The translations under genes were made by a program, and so were the position numbers. Below, one piece after another: positions 1-9,725 of a stretch of 64,000 nucleotides of DNA. The first letter of the stretch is position 1. Each line of letters starts with the position of its first letter. Below the pieces are notes generated by a model that did no database searches, had not been told where the DNA came from, and saw only the letters and a list, made by a program, of their open reading frames with translations. Origin of the DNA: Bdellovibrionales bacterium (GTDB taxonomy: Bacteria > Bdellovibrionota > Bdellovibrionia > Bdellovibrionales > JAGQZY01); contig CAXRHT010000003.1 in assembly GCA_964230645.1 (NCBI GenBank), positions 1 to 64,000 on the forward strand, in the 5' to 3' direction.

Positions 1-1
1 C

Positions 2-157
2 ACCCTAAATCTCAACACTACAGCTTCAACTTTGTGTGTGGGAGGAGAGGTTAGCGGGTCTACTTGTGTAAGACTCTTCAATGGGAACATCGACGAATTT
101 AGAATTTATAATAGAGCTCTGACATCTGGAGAAATTGAAACTTTTATCGATAACTAA
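2..157 (+). CDS. 3' end of a LamG-like jellyroll (concanavalin A-like) domain protein, partial
   Basis: Manual translation of frame +2 gives ...LCVGGEVSGSTCVRLFNGNIDEFRIYNRALTSGEIETFIDN*. FxGxIDEFRIYNRAL is the typical LamG-like C-terminal signature. Not in the ORF track because the start lies outside the window. Confidence 0.8.
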   Translation, partial: TLNLNTTASTLCVGGEVSGSTCVRLFNGNIDEFRIYNRALTSGEIETFIDN

Positions 158-163
158 GACCAA

Positions 164-817
164 TTAATCATATAACTTAAATTTTATTTTTTGTTTTTGT
201 TTTGTCGGAAAAAGAAAGTCGTGATTTTGATGATGTATTCTACGTCCGAGGTTTGGATTCGCAAATCCTACACCCATTAGTAAAGCAGGATTGTTTTTAA
301 GATTTAAAATTTCTTTGATCTTTTCTCCATCAAAACAACTGCAACATCCAGTAGAGTATCCAAGGATAGAAGACATCAAATTTAGATAGCCGGCAGCTAT
401 TCCGATTGCTAGTTTCTGATCATTCTTGAGAAACTCTTCCGCTTGTGAGTAATCCTCTAATGAAGTCCCTTTAAGTGTTTCAGAATTTCTGTATGCATCG
501 GCGCCAACGATTTCAGGAATTTCCAATTCCTCAAAAACAACGAGAAGGTTAGCCAGTACCTGGCTATTCGTGACACTATATTCAGGTGAATCTAGCGAAA
601 CAGTAAATCCATCAGTCGCTTCGTGAACATTTTCAATAATTTCCCGATTGGTAATAAAATAGACGTTATAAAAAGCAATATTTTGCTTACTTGGGCACTC
701 TGTAACCGCTACTTTAAGAAGTTCTAAATCTTCAGCCGATACATTCCTGGACAAATCCCAGTTCCTTTGACAGTGTTGGCTTTTACGTATTGCTTTAGAA
801 TAGTCTAGAGTTCCCAT
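164..817 (-). CDS. Nitroreductase-fold protein, Cys-rich subtype
   Basis: SQHCQRNWD occupies the RRSxR position and CPSKQN the APSxxN position; also AIGIAAGYLNLMSSILGYSTGCCSCFD and LLMGVGF. Paralogue at 41698-42423. Confidence 0.75.
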   Translation of the reverse strand: MGTLDYSKAIRKSQHCQRNWDLSRNVSAEDLELLKVAVTECPSKQNIAFYNVYFITNREIIENVHEATDGFTVSLDSPEYSVTNSQVLANLLVVFEELEIPEIVGADAYRNSETLKGTSLEDYSQAEEFLKNDQKLAIGIAAGYLNLMSSILGYSTGCCSCFDGEKIKEILNLKNNPALLMGVGFANPNLGRRIHHQNHDFLFPTKQKQKIKFKLYD

Positions 818-973
818 TGCACACTCCTGTCTACAATTATGATTTAATCTAAATTAAAAGTAAAGTTGGTATTATAGTGTCAAATTCTACTGAACCTGAG
901 GAGAAAGAAACCTTCAATACCTTTGTCTAAGAACCTAATATCAATATGACATGCTTCAAATTGATCCATTTTA

Positions 974-1900
974 TTATTTAACTGCACAATGACTGATAAC
1001 CTCTTTCCATTTTTTCAGATACACAATAGGCTCTTTAATTGGCTGCCAATAGTCTTTCGATTTTTTGAAACTTTGGCTGTTTTGAAGAAAAAAGCTAGTT
1101 AAATCATCCCACATAAGTATGTCTTCGGGCTTCCAGCCGGATGGATCAGCCCAAAAAATATCTTGCCACAATGCTAGTTTTTTATTCTCTTCGAATGTTT
1201 CTATAAATTCTTTCGTAAAGCTGAACGTAGAATCATTAAAACTCTTGATAGGGATGTTAATAGAAAACATCTTTTCTTTCGGAACAATACGAAAGAATTT
1301 TTTACATGCTTTTGGGTCGTACCAACAATTGAAAAACTCCTCATTGGCCCCACCCATAGTTACAACCCGACTTACTTTTTCTGCGATTTCAGACCAATAT
1401 TTAATCGCCGAAGTGTAAGGACCCAAAATAAGAAGTTCGATTTCATCACACTCTGAAGCGAGGGAAGCTTTATCCAGTTTGCTCAAGGCTGCATTAGGGA
1501 CTTTATTATTTTTCGAACTTTCACTGAAATAGTTATTTAAGAGTCGGTCTCTATTTCGCACATTGGTCCAACGGGCATCAAGTTTTCTGCCAAAAGTTAA
1601 TCCATGATAAACTTTTGTTTCACGCCCTTTAAAATTATGCTGCTCTTTTAAAAAATTAAAATTCTTGAAACTCTCTTTTGGCTCTACAACCCCTTCAGTA
1701 AAAATAATGTGAGTTGGTACTACTTCTTGGGAGCAGTTTAAAAAGATAAGAGAGCGCAAATCGTCAAAAGAGCCATCGTTATCAACGATTAGGCATTTGT
1801 TTTTTACGTTTTTCGAATTTAACTTGTTTGAATTAGATAAATAGAAAAACAAAGCTACACCAAGTAATGACAGTAGGAAGAAAAATATAACTTTTTTCAA
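974..1900 (-). CDS. Nucleoside hydrolase (IU-NH) family protein with N-terminal membrane anchor/signal
   Basis: DNDGSFDD (DxDxxxDD), LGPYTS, VTMGG, EFFNCWYDP and MWDD. The TTG start at 1900 follows AGGAGG (the ORF track extends to 1951). Confidence 0.7.
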   Translation of the reverse strand: MKKVIFFFLLSLLGVALFFYLSNSNKLNSKNVKNKCLIVDNDGSFDDLRSLIFLNCSQEVVPTHIIFTEGVVEPKESFKNFNFLKEQHNFKGRETKVYHGLTFGRKLDARWTNVRNRDRLLNNYFSESSKNNKVPNAALSKLDKASLASECDEIELLILGPYTSAIKYWSEIAEKVSRVVTMGGANEEFFNCWYDPKACKKFFRIVPKEKMFSINIPIKSFNDSTFSFTKEFIETFEENKKLALWQDIFWADPSGWKPEDILMWDDLTSFFLQNSQSFKKSKDYWQPIKEPIVYLKKWKEVISHCAVK

Positions 1901-2012
1901 TTTCCTCCTTCTAGAAGGGCACTGATTGCCAACAGTAGTTATCTCTTGCAATTTGGAATCTGATACCGGAAATTAGAATTTTATCGTTTGCATTTTTTGG
2001 GTCAAGGTTTTT

Positions 2013-3059
2013 ATGTTTTCTCGTATATATCGAAAAATTATCGACAAACACTACCAGGGTTCTGCGTTAACTTACGACGATATTAATCTGATTCCGAAAC
2101 TCAACCCTCACGGATCCCGCAAAAACGTCTCTATTCAGCAAACAGACTCGTCTGGCAATTTAACTCTAGATATTCCCATCATCTCAGCAAATATGGATAA
2201 GATCACTGGTCACAAAATGGCCGACTTTATGGCAGCAAATGGTGGAATTGGAGCTATTCACCGCTTGATGTCGATTGAAGAAAACACTGTGGAATTTGAA
2301 AAATGTCGAAACCGGGTATTTGTTTCCATCGGGTGTAATGAAAAAGGACTTCGCAGAGCTGAAGCTCTATACCAAGCCGGCGCTAGATTCTTTAACCTCG
2401 ATATTGCCCACGGACACTCATCTGACATGAAGCACACCTTGTCTGAATTAAGGAAACGCTATAAGGATATTTTTATCATGTCTGGCAATGTCGCAACCCT
2501 GAGTGGAGCGCGATATTTATATGACCATGGGTCCGACATGGTAAAAGTAGGAATAGGTGGTGGTAGTGTTTGTACCACCAGACTGAAAACGGGTTTTGGC
2601 GTACCTAATTTAACGGCAATTGCTGAATGCTCTCGGGTTAAATGTTCGATCGTGGCCGATGGTGGCATAAGAACCCCGGGAGATGTGGTCAAAGCACTAG
2701 CCTTTGGAGCCGACTTTGTCATGATTGGTGGACTTCTCGCAGGTACAGAACAGACCCCTGGTAGGGTCATTGAATCCAATGGTAAGAAGTTTAAGATTTA
2801 CCGAGGCTTGGATAGCTTTGATACCCATATGGACTGGTTCGGAGAAGTTTCTAACTGGAAAACACCCGAAGGCGTCAGTGTGAAAAAACCATTTTCGGGA
2901 AGCGCCAAGCCCATTATCGATGACTTAGTTGGCGGGATTCGCTCTGGCCTGACCTACTGTGGAGCAAGCAATATCTCTGAATTACAGAAGAACTTTTCCT
3001 ACCACATCGTGAGCTCCGCCTCGGGACAAGAAGCTCACCCTCACGCTACAAAATTGTAA
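2013..3059 (+). CDS. IMP dehydrogenase / GMP reductase family protein, no CBS domains
   Basis: IPIISANMD, DIAHGHS, GNVAT, KVGIGGGSVCTTR (catalytic Cys), IVADGGIR, EGV and GGIRSGLTYCGA. GuaB vs GuaC cannot be resolved by eye. Confidence 0.9.
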   Translation: MFSRIYRKIIDKHYQGSALTYDDINLIPKLNPHGSRKNVSIQQTDSSGNLTLDIPIISANMDKITGHKMADFMAANGGIGAIHRLMSIEENTVEFEKCRNRVFVSIGCNEKGLRRAEALYQAGARFFNLDIAHGHSSDMKHTLSELRKRYKDIFIMSGNVATLSGARYLYDHGSDMVKVGIGGGSVCTTRLKTGFGVPNLTAIAECSRVKCSIVADGGIRTPGDVVKALAFGADFVMIGGLLAGTEQTPGRVIESNGKKFKIYRGLDSFDTHMDWFGEVSNWKTPEGVSVKKPFSGSAKPIIDDLVGGIRSGLTYCGASNISELQKNFSYHIVSSASGQEAHPHATKL

Positions 3060-3111
3060 TACTAGAAGATAGACCAAAGACGAGGAAAATTTGTTTGATA
3101 TTGAGACACTC

Positions 3112-3149
3112 AAGGCTAATTTCCTATATTTAGGAAGTAACAGCCTTTT
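3112..3149 (+). terminator. Possible intrinsic terminator after the IMPDH/GMPR gene
   Basis: Interrupted hairpin AAGGCT..TTCCTA-TATT-TAGGAA..AGCCTT followed by T residues. Confidence 0.35.
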
Positions 3150-3193
3150 AAAACCTTTTTAAATAGTTTAATCTGGTTAATAAGGAGTTTGAG

Positions 3194-3613
3194 TTGCCCG
3201 TAAATTACCAATTTTATCAAACTAAATTGAATCGACGCTTTCTTTTGAAGGCGCTGGTCCTACTAACTTATTTTAAGAGTAGTTTGAGTTTTGCGACATC
3301 CAAAAAAAGTGGAACCTTCAAACAAACCTGGATATTTAAGAACGATGCTAAAAATTACCCTTCCTTGGATAAATTCTGGAAAGATAATTCTGACCCCATT
3401 GCCTATCAATTAAATGCTCTATTTAGACAAAATGGTTGGCTTGTCAAAGACATGTCCGCTATGAAAAATAGTAAGACAGCTGTATTAACGAAAGAATATT
3501 ACAATAAACATTACTTCACCTTGTATAATACACTCTGGGAAAAGCTTTCCGACGGTGATCTCAAAGAGGGCCGGAATCTGCAAACTAAAACATCAAACCA
3601 TCATCTTTTTTAA
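3194..3613 (+). CDS. Hypothetical protein with possible twin-arginine signal
   Basis: AAGGAG precedes the TTG start. The N-terminus has NRRFLLKAL, then a hydrophobic stretch and SFA. Confidence 0.55.
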   Translation: MPVNYQFYQTKLNRRFLLKALVLLTYFKSSLSFATSKKSGTFKQTWIFKNDAKNYPSLDKFWKDNSDPIAYQLNALFRQNGWLVKDMSAMKNSKTAVLTKEYYNKHYFTLYNTLWEKLSDGDLKEGRNLQTKTSNHHLF

Positions 3614-3619
3614 ATAAGA

Positions 3620-4546
3620 ATGTTTGAATACACCCATAAACATTATTTTACCTTCGGATACAATGACCAGACATTTAACACTCGATCTGATGAGAGTTCA
3701 ATTCTCTGGTGTAACTTTTCTCCGGTCCAAAGAGAGCATGAGAGCTTCAAAGAAGAGTGCCTGAAAGCTGCCAAACTTATTAGAGATAAAACTGACCAGG
3801 ATATATTCGTTCTGTTCAGTGGGGGTATGGATAGTGAACTCGTGCTACGTTCTTTTATTGAGGCCGGAATCGAAGTGAATGCAATCACTGTAGAATTTGA
3901 GAGAGGAATAAACGAACACGATATTCTTTGGGCTCGAAAATTCTGCGAAATTTATGACATCAATCATATCATTAGGCCTTTAAATATTGAAGAGTTTTGG
4001 GACAATCAACTCCTAGATTACGCCTTACCAGTGCAATGTAACAGCCCACAATTCCCGGTGACAATGTGGCTTTTAGACCAAACCCCTGGCTTCCCAGTTA
4101 TAGGCAGTGGTGATTCGGCTATTAAACGACTTGAGGGTACTAACGATTTCGTTTTCGATGAGCAAGAAAATTATCTTACCCTCTACCTCCATCTTATGCG
4201 TAGAAACCGAATAGGTGTTCCTGCATTCTTTCAGTATACTCCTGAATTATTACTGGCTTTCTTTGAACACCCGATCTTGCAAGATTATAGGAATTTTAAA
4301 GCTAAACAAGACCGATTGATCTCTATACCCAAATATAAATTTCCGATATACCAACATTCATTTCCTAAATTAGAAAACAGAATAGTTTACAACGGTTTTG
4401 AAAAAATTGAAGATTTAGATAAAAAATATAGGTCGAGATTACACAAGCTTTGCCAGGGAGCCGGTCAGCCCCTACGTTTTGATTTTGATGATTTTGTAGA
4501 GGGTTTGAAAACCTCTGGGTGTAAAACAAAACAGGAACTGAATTGA
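3620..4546 (+). CDS. PP-loop (adenine nucleotide alpha-hydrolase-like) protein
   Basis: VLFSGGMDSE PP-loop motif. Substrate unknown. Confidence 0.7.
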   Translation: MFEYTHKHYFTFGYNDQTFNTRSDESSILWCNFSPVQREHESFKEECLKAAKLIRDKTDQDIFVLFSGGMDSELVLRSFIEAGIEVNAITVEFERGINEHDILWARKFCEIYDINHIIRPLNIEEFWDNQLLDYALPVQCNSPQFPVTMWLLDQTPGFPVIGSGDSAIKRLEGTNDFVFDEQENYLTLYLHLMRRNRIGVPAFFQYTPELLLAFFEHPILQDYRNFKAKQDRLISIPKYKFPIYQHSFPKLENRIVYNGFEKIEDLDKKYRSRLHKLCQGAGQPLRFDFDDFVEGLKTSGCKTKQELN

Positions 4547-5007
4547 ACTCGATAGAAGTGACTGAAGCCGATTTTAATGAAATCTATGACTTTTGGAAAA
4601 ACTTCCTTTGGGCAGGAAGAAGGTCAAAAATTGAAGCCTGTAGCTCAATGAAATATTTGGGTGGTTATGACCTCTCAATTAAAAAAGTGGGTAAGCCAAA
4701 GTTCTGGAAGGCGACCTATAGGAGAAAAATCATTGGTGTTAATTCTGGCCACTCGACCTCCGTGAAAGCCTTTCGGTCCAGAGGTTTATGGGTTCATCCC
4801 GATTTCAGGAATCAAGGCAACGCACAAAAGTTGTTACTCCCTGTAAAAGAAGAAGCTTTTATTCGAGAATGTGAGTATGTTTGGTCTGTTCCCAGAAAAG
4901 AGGCCATAAACGCCTATTTGAAATTTGGATTTCAAATAACTTCAGATTGGTTTAATTCTGGAATGGAGTTTGGCCCCAATTGCTATGTTAGATTAGATCT
5001 CTCATAA
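4543..5007 (+). CDS. GNAT family N-acetyltransferase
   Basis: Motif A RGLWVHPDFRNQGNAQKLL and motif B AINAYLKFGF. Overlaps the upstream gene by 4 bp. Confidence 0.85.
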   Translation: MNSIEVTEADFNEIYDFWKNFLWAGRRSKIEACSSMKYLGGYDLSIKKVGKPKFWKATYRRKIIGVNSGHSTSVKAFRSRGLWVHPDFRNQGNAQKLLLPVKEEAFIRECEYVWSVPRKEAINAYLKFGFQITSDWFNSGMEFGPNCYVRLDLS

Positions 5008-6247
5008 ATGTTGCATCTACGAGATCTAAACCTGAAGGAAAATGTGTCTGAGGAACACCTATGAAGGGCTCAGCAACTTTCAAAAGATCATTCGCACCTA
5101 GATCTTCAGCCTCTAGAGCCCCTTGCTTTTTTGAAATTAAACAAGCCACCAGTCCACTAAAGGCCGCTGCTGCCACTAAATAAAGGGTCGAATTTGTCGA
5201 AACAGAGTGAATAGAACGTTTAGAAAGATAAAAACTGTATCCCGCCCATACCCAATTTGAGCCCGCGCCTACTAACACTCCTATTTCATCAAAGTTTTCT
5301 TGTCCGTAAGTTTTTTCAATAATTTTGGAATGGCTGGGGGATGGCCTTTCCCTGTTTTCCAGTAGCTTTTGAACAGCACGAAGGGACCCTTTAGGGGGAT
5401 CATAGCAAAAGCCCGAAAAAGAAACCTTTTTTCTATCTTCCTCACTTAAACTGTCTAAAAATGAAAAAACCTCTCTGTGTGGCACTAAAAAGCCCGTGTA
5501 GTTGCCAGTAGAAGGACTCCAGGCCTCCATTTCAATATGTAGGGCCTTTCTTTTAGATTTTCTAAAAACAGGGCGCTTGTAATATTCGGCGGGAGCAATG
5601 AACTCACTCCAGAACTCATAAGGACTCCAGCTACTGATCAAATCTTCGCTTCCCTTGTCTGCTCTATGCGCATCATACTCTGTGAAGACTATATTAGTAT
5701 CTTGATGAAGTTCGGTAAATTTCTCCTTGTATGTTTGCATCGCCTTCTGCGCGACCACAGAAATTAACCCGGGATTTATTCCAAAGTTTAGTAAAGCTAC
5801 ACCTTTTCTACTGCCTTGCATATTTTCTTTACAACGTTGAATTTGCTCACCTTGCTCGTTGAGGGAGTATTCAATGGTGCTCTCGCTCTTCCACCAATTC
5901 CAAGCTGTATCCTGATAGATGATACCTTTATGTAGGCAGTATTCCGCCAAGTCATTAGACCCGCAGGTATTAGTCAGGTTCAATAATATATCCCCTTCAG
6001 ACAAATAAGAGTTTAAGTGAATCTTATAACTTTCTTGAGTTAGCTGTTTTTCAACGAAATGGACATCAACCCCAAAACTTGTTTCTTTGATATAGTTTAC
6101 ATCTAGGTTGCTGTCGATGACATAGACCCTACTATCGCTGTCGAGTACCTTATCAAGGAGTTCAAGATAAGTTTTACCAAGCCCACCCAGGCCAACAAGT
6201 AGGATACGCTTGTCTACAAAGTATTTTTTCAATTTGGTTAGATCCAT
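4988..6247 (-). CDS. Homospermidine synthase-like (saccharopine dehydrogenase superfamily) NAD-dependent enzyme
   Basis: GLGGLG Rossmann motif. GINPGLIS, SWSPYEFWSE, GFLVPHRE, FDEIGVLV and NSTLYLVA resemble the HSS blocks GxNPGxVS, TWSVEGFxSE, GFLVTHxE, IDELGVLL and NATxLQV. Confidence 0.75.
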   Translation of the reverse strand: MDLTKLKKYFVDKRILLVGLGGLGKTYLELLDKVLDSDSRVYVIDSNLDVNYIKETSFGVDVHFVEKQLTQESYKIHLNSYLSEGDILLNLTNTCGSNDLAEYCLHKGIIYQDTAWNWWKSESTIEYSLNEQGEQIQRCKENMQGSRKGVALLNFGINPGLISVVAQKAMQTYKEKFTELHQDTNIVFTEYDAHRADKGSEDLISSWSPYEFWSEFIAPAEYYKRPVFRKSKRKALHIEMEAWSPSTGNYTGFLVPHREVFSFLDSLSEEDRKKVSFSGFCYDPPKGSLRAVQKLLENRERPSPSHSKIIEKTYGQENFDEIGVLVGAGSNWVWAGYSFYLSKRSIHSVSTNSTLYLVAAAAFSGLVACLISKKQGALEAEDLGANDLLKVAEPFIGVPQTHFPSGLDLVDATFMRDLI

Positions 6248-6397
6248 GACAGAATATTAGTTAATTCAAAAAAAAAGTCAAAGCTCGGCTGAACCTCTTT
6301 TAAGGTCCAGGACCAAAAAACACCCTGATTTAAGGAAGATATCTCGTCATCAGAGAACGCCACTATTTACAAAGACAGGCTTAATGTTTAAAATTAG

Positions 6398-7078
6398 ATG
6401 AACTTAATCTGGAAGGGTCTTGTATTCATGGAAGAAGCCGTAAGAAAAGAATTTCTTTACCATCAACTATCCTCGCTGGGTGATTTCTATAAACTACAAT
6501 ATTATATTAACCCTTCCATCGTGCGGGAACAGCTTCAGTCATACGGCGATAGGTGGGTTTACTTTAATCCACAAAAAAAAGGGCTCAATAGATATGGGCT
6601 TTCCGTAACATCACTGGATGGCAAGATGAGTGGCTATCCAGACCTCACATCGATTGCGGAGTACAATCAACGCAATGATAAAAAGATTAACGAGCTAGAC
6701 TTCAATAAATTTACAGAGCTTTATTCTACATGTACAGAAATCCAGCCTTTATTAAAGGATTTCAAACCTTTTCTAGGCAGGAGTCACTTTATAAAGCTAG
6801 GAATGGGTGGTCTCTTTCCTTATCATCGAGATGTGTATACCGAATATGACGAAACTTTCAGAATCTTTGTTCCTCTCTATCACCACAACTCTCGGGACTT
6901 TGTTTTTCTACTTGGAATGGACAGAATATTTTTAGAATCTGGAGCGGCCTATTTTATAAATACAAGAATCGAACACGCACTGTTTTCACTCCACGAAGAG
7001 AGCCTGTTTTTGGTTTTGAATGTTAAACTCTGCCAGGAAACCGTTGATCTCGTTAAAAAAAACCTAGGATCACGTTGA
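6398..7078 (+). CDS. 2OG-Fe(II) oxygenase-like protein (Asp/Asn beta-hydroxylase-like)
   Basis: GGLFPYHRD (HxD) and a distal His in YFINTRIEHALFS. The start may be the ATG at 6428. Confidence 0.6.
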   Translation: MNLIWKGLVFMEEAVRKEFLYHQLSSLGDFYKLQYYINPSIVREQLQSYGDRWVYFNPQKKGLNRYGLSVTSLDGKMSGYPDLTSIAEYNQRNDKKINELDFNKFTELYSTCTEIQPLLKDFKPFLGRSHFIKLGMGGLFPYHRDVYTEYDETFRIFVPLYHHNSRDFVFLLGMDRIFLESGAAYFINTRIEHALFSLHEESLFLVLNVKLCQETVDLVKKNLGSR

Positions 7079-7099
7079 CGAGTGTTATGATTCTTTCCA

Positions 7100-8929
7100 T
7101 TGGAGTTTTCAAAAGGAGAACGTTTGGAAGCTAAAAAATCTTTGTGGTACAAGCCCTTTCTACCTCTCTGCTTTATTAGTTTTATTATTATTGGAGGAAA
7201 GGTTTTAGAATATTATTCGAATTATTACAAATACCAGTCTTTAAGTTTTCAACAGGGTAAAGAAGAAAAACCTACTTTTAGCTTCGAAGAGGTCTCAAAA
7301 CAACTGAATATCTCTCATCGACACGAACTTTTCACACCGGCAGCTTCTCGCAAAGGCTACGCTAAAATTTTACCTTATAACGCCTCCGTAGCTGTTGGTG
7401 ATATCAATAACGACGGCTATATGGACTTGTTTTTTAACACGACCAAAGAAAATAAAAGAAATTTCTTGTATCTTAATATTAAGGGTCAATCTTTTAGAAA
7501 TGTAACGTTTGAATGGGGATTGGGAGAGGAGATAAATAATCCCGGTGCAACTATGGGGGGCTATTTCTTCGATTATGACAACGATGGGAAAAAAGATTTA
7601 TATTTGGCAAAAGCTGGCTGCCACTCACTGTATAAAAACCTTGGAAATAAGTTTGTTGATGTTTCAAAAGAGACGGGAGTGGATCAAGTTTGTGACTACA
7701 CCTCGGGGGTAAGCTTCTTGGATTTTGACAATGATGGGTTCCTCGATGTTTATGTTTCTAATAGTTTAAATGCCGGGAGTAAAAAGCTAGTCTCGGCAAA
7801 AGATTTAGAAATCTTAGAGCCCCAAAGAAACGAGTATGGAGTAGTTACCTATCGATTAGACGTATTGTTAAAAAACCAATCTGGAAAACGCTTTAAAGAT
7901 GTCACAGAGCTTGCAAATATCAATAATAATCACCTCAATTGGGTGACCGGTGTTATCGATTATAACAACGATGGGTTTCCCGACCTCTTTTTATCCAATG
8001 ATTTTAGCACCAACAGACTTTTTAAAAATAATACTGATGGGTCTTTCTCAGAGTCCTCTCATGATCTAGGTAAACAGTTTTTTTCCGCGAACATGAGTGC
8101 AACGACAGGGGATTATAATAATGACGGTTTACAAGATATTTTTGTGAGCAATATTTCTCGTAGCACCTGGTATATTCGCATGAGCAACTGGTTGTACGAA
8201 TCTCAAGGAGATGGTTCATTTAAGAATGTTTCTTATGAAAAAAAAGTTGATCGATGCTCCTGGGCATGGGGATCAAATTTCGCCGATTTTGACCGAGATG
8301 GGTTTTTAGATTTATTTGTCACTAATGGGCTCTTCAACGACGGACCAAAATCTTTTCTTTATAACCTTGAGACTTACTATGTTGTTCCCATACTCTTATT
8401 TCTTGATGCCAGAAATTTTCCTCAAACTCAGGGTCACCAGGTAGCTGCAAACGATCGTTCTTGCCTATTTTGGCAAAAAGATGGTCTTTTTTATGATGTT
8501 GCCGAAAAGGTGGGACTTGATGAGGCCTTTATCGGCAGAGGTAGCGCGATTATTGATTTTGATAATAATGGCACTTTAGATATCGTAGTTGCCACTCATA
8601 ATGGCGAGCCAAAACTTTTCAAAAACATTGTAAAAAATGATTTCAATTGGGTTGGCTTAAAACTTATTGGTAAGCAAACCAATCGAGATGCTTTAGGTGC
8701 AAAGGTTATCGCTCATTTTTCTAATGGAATTCAATCTAGAGAGCTATTCCCTACAAACGGATTTTCAGCACAAAATGACCCGCGAATCTTTTTTGGACTA
8801 GGGAATAGTAAACTCGATCATATTGAAATAATTTGGCCCAGTGGAACCACTCAATATTTAAAAAATTTCGATATCAATAGATATTTAAAAATTAGGGAAG
8901 CGAATGAAGACATTAAAAATGCTTCGTAG
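7100..8929 (+). CDS. CRTAC1/ASPIC-UnbV family protein (FG-GAP repeats plus C-terminal UnbV domain)
   Basis: Repeated DxNNDGxxD motifs and C-terminal NRDALGAKV...GFSAQNDPRIFFGLG...IIWPSG. N-terminal hydrophobic segment. Confidence 0.9.
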   Translation: MEFSKGERLEAKKSLWYKPFLPLCFISFIIIGGKVLEYYSNYYKYQSLSFQQGKEEKPTFSFEEVSKQLNISHRHELFTPAASRKGYAKILPYNASVAVGDINNDGYMDLFFNTTKENKRNFLYLNIKGQSFRNVTFEWGLGEEINNPGATMGGYFFDYDNDGKKDLYLAKAGCHSLYKNLGNKFVDVSKETGVDQVCDYTSGVSFLDFDNDGFLDVYVSNSLNAGSKKLVSAKDLEILEPQRNEYGVVTYRLDVLLKNQSGKRFKDVTELANINNNHLNWVTGVIDYNNDGFPDLFLSNDFSTNRLFKNNTDGSFSESSHDLGKQFFSANMSATTGDYNNDGLQDIFVSNISRSTWYIRMSNWLYESQGDGSFKNVSYEKKVDRCSWAWGSNFADFDRDGFLDLFVTNGLFNDGPKSFLYNLETYYVVPILLFLDARNFPQTQGHQVAANDRSCLFWQKDGLFYDVAEKVGLDEAFIGRGSAIIDFDNNGTLDIVVATHNGEPKLFKNIVKNDFNWVGLKLIGKQTNRDALGAKVIAHFSNGIQSRELFPTNGFSAQNDPRIFFGLGNSKLDHIEIIWPSGTTQYLKNFDINRYLKIREANEDIKNAS

Positions 8930-9725
8930 TAACAATAGCTTTAAACTCTCTATGCAGTTTCTTGCACTTAACGTTTATCTCTATCTACTTCTTTACGAAT
9001 TTTATGCCGGACGATTCGCCTCTCATTACTTTATCCTTACCTCTTATACACTATTTATCGACAACCTAGCTTATTTTGTATTTCGTAAGAAGGTAAAGAT
9101 AAGATTTTTTAGTCCCATGATTACTGCTACCGCGCTTTTTATACTCTTAAACACCCACTTTACTGTTATTCCCTATCTTGTCGCCTCGACAGTCGGCATA
9201 ATGGGGAAGTACCTTTTGCGTTTCTCGAAGGGTCATATCTTCAATCCTGCCTGTTTAGGGATTTTATTTGTCGTATTTTTACTTCCGCAACATTCTCAAG
9301 CTTTGCTCAAACAGTGGACTTCCGGGCCCGGTCACTACCTTCTCGCCTATGGCTTAGGCCTTTTCGTCTCTTTTTTAGCAAACAGACATATCATTTCGAT
9401 TTCATACTTTGCGGTTTTGTCACTACTGAGCTACTCCTACGGATTTATTACGAATTCGGAAAATACATTAAAAGTGGTCGGACCCATTTTTGGATTCTCA
9501 ATAATCGTTTTTGCTTTTCATATGATTACAGATCCCTCCACATCACCCCAAAAGCACTCACGTCAATTTCTCATGGGGACGGCAATCGCTAGTATCGATT
9601 TTTTTATGCGGAGGTTAGAGCAGCCTTATGCTCCTTTTATTGCACTTATGTTGATCTCAGCAAGTCGACCAATTATAGAAAGATTCTACAGAAATCCGAA
9701 CCATCTTAATTTTAAATCAATTTAA
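8904..9725 (+). CDS. UnbU/RnfD-NqrB-like integral membrane protein
   Basis: Multi-TM protein with KY..R..KGHIFNPA and FHMITDPSTSP motifs. Overlaps the UnbV-type gene. Confidence 0.7.
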   Translation: MKTLKMLRSNNSFKLSMQFLALNVYLYLLLYEFYAGRFASHYFILTSYTLFIDNLAYFVFRKKVKIRFFSPMITATALFILLNTHFTVIPYLVASTVGIMGKYLLRFSKGHIFNPACLGILFVVFLLPQHSQALLKQWTSGPGHYLLAYGLGLFVSFLANRHIISISYFAVLSLLSYSYGFITNSENTLKVVGPIFGFSIIVFAFHMITDPSTSPQKHSRQFLMGTAIASIDFFMRRLEQPYAPFIALMLISASRPIIERFYRNPNHLNFKSI

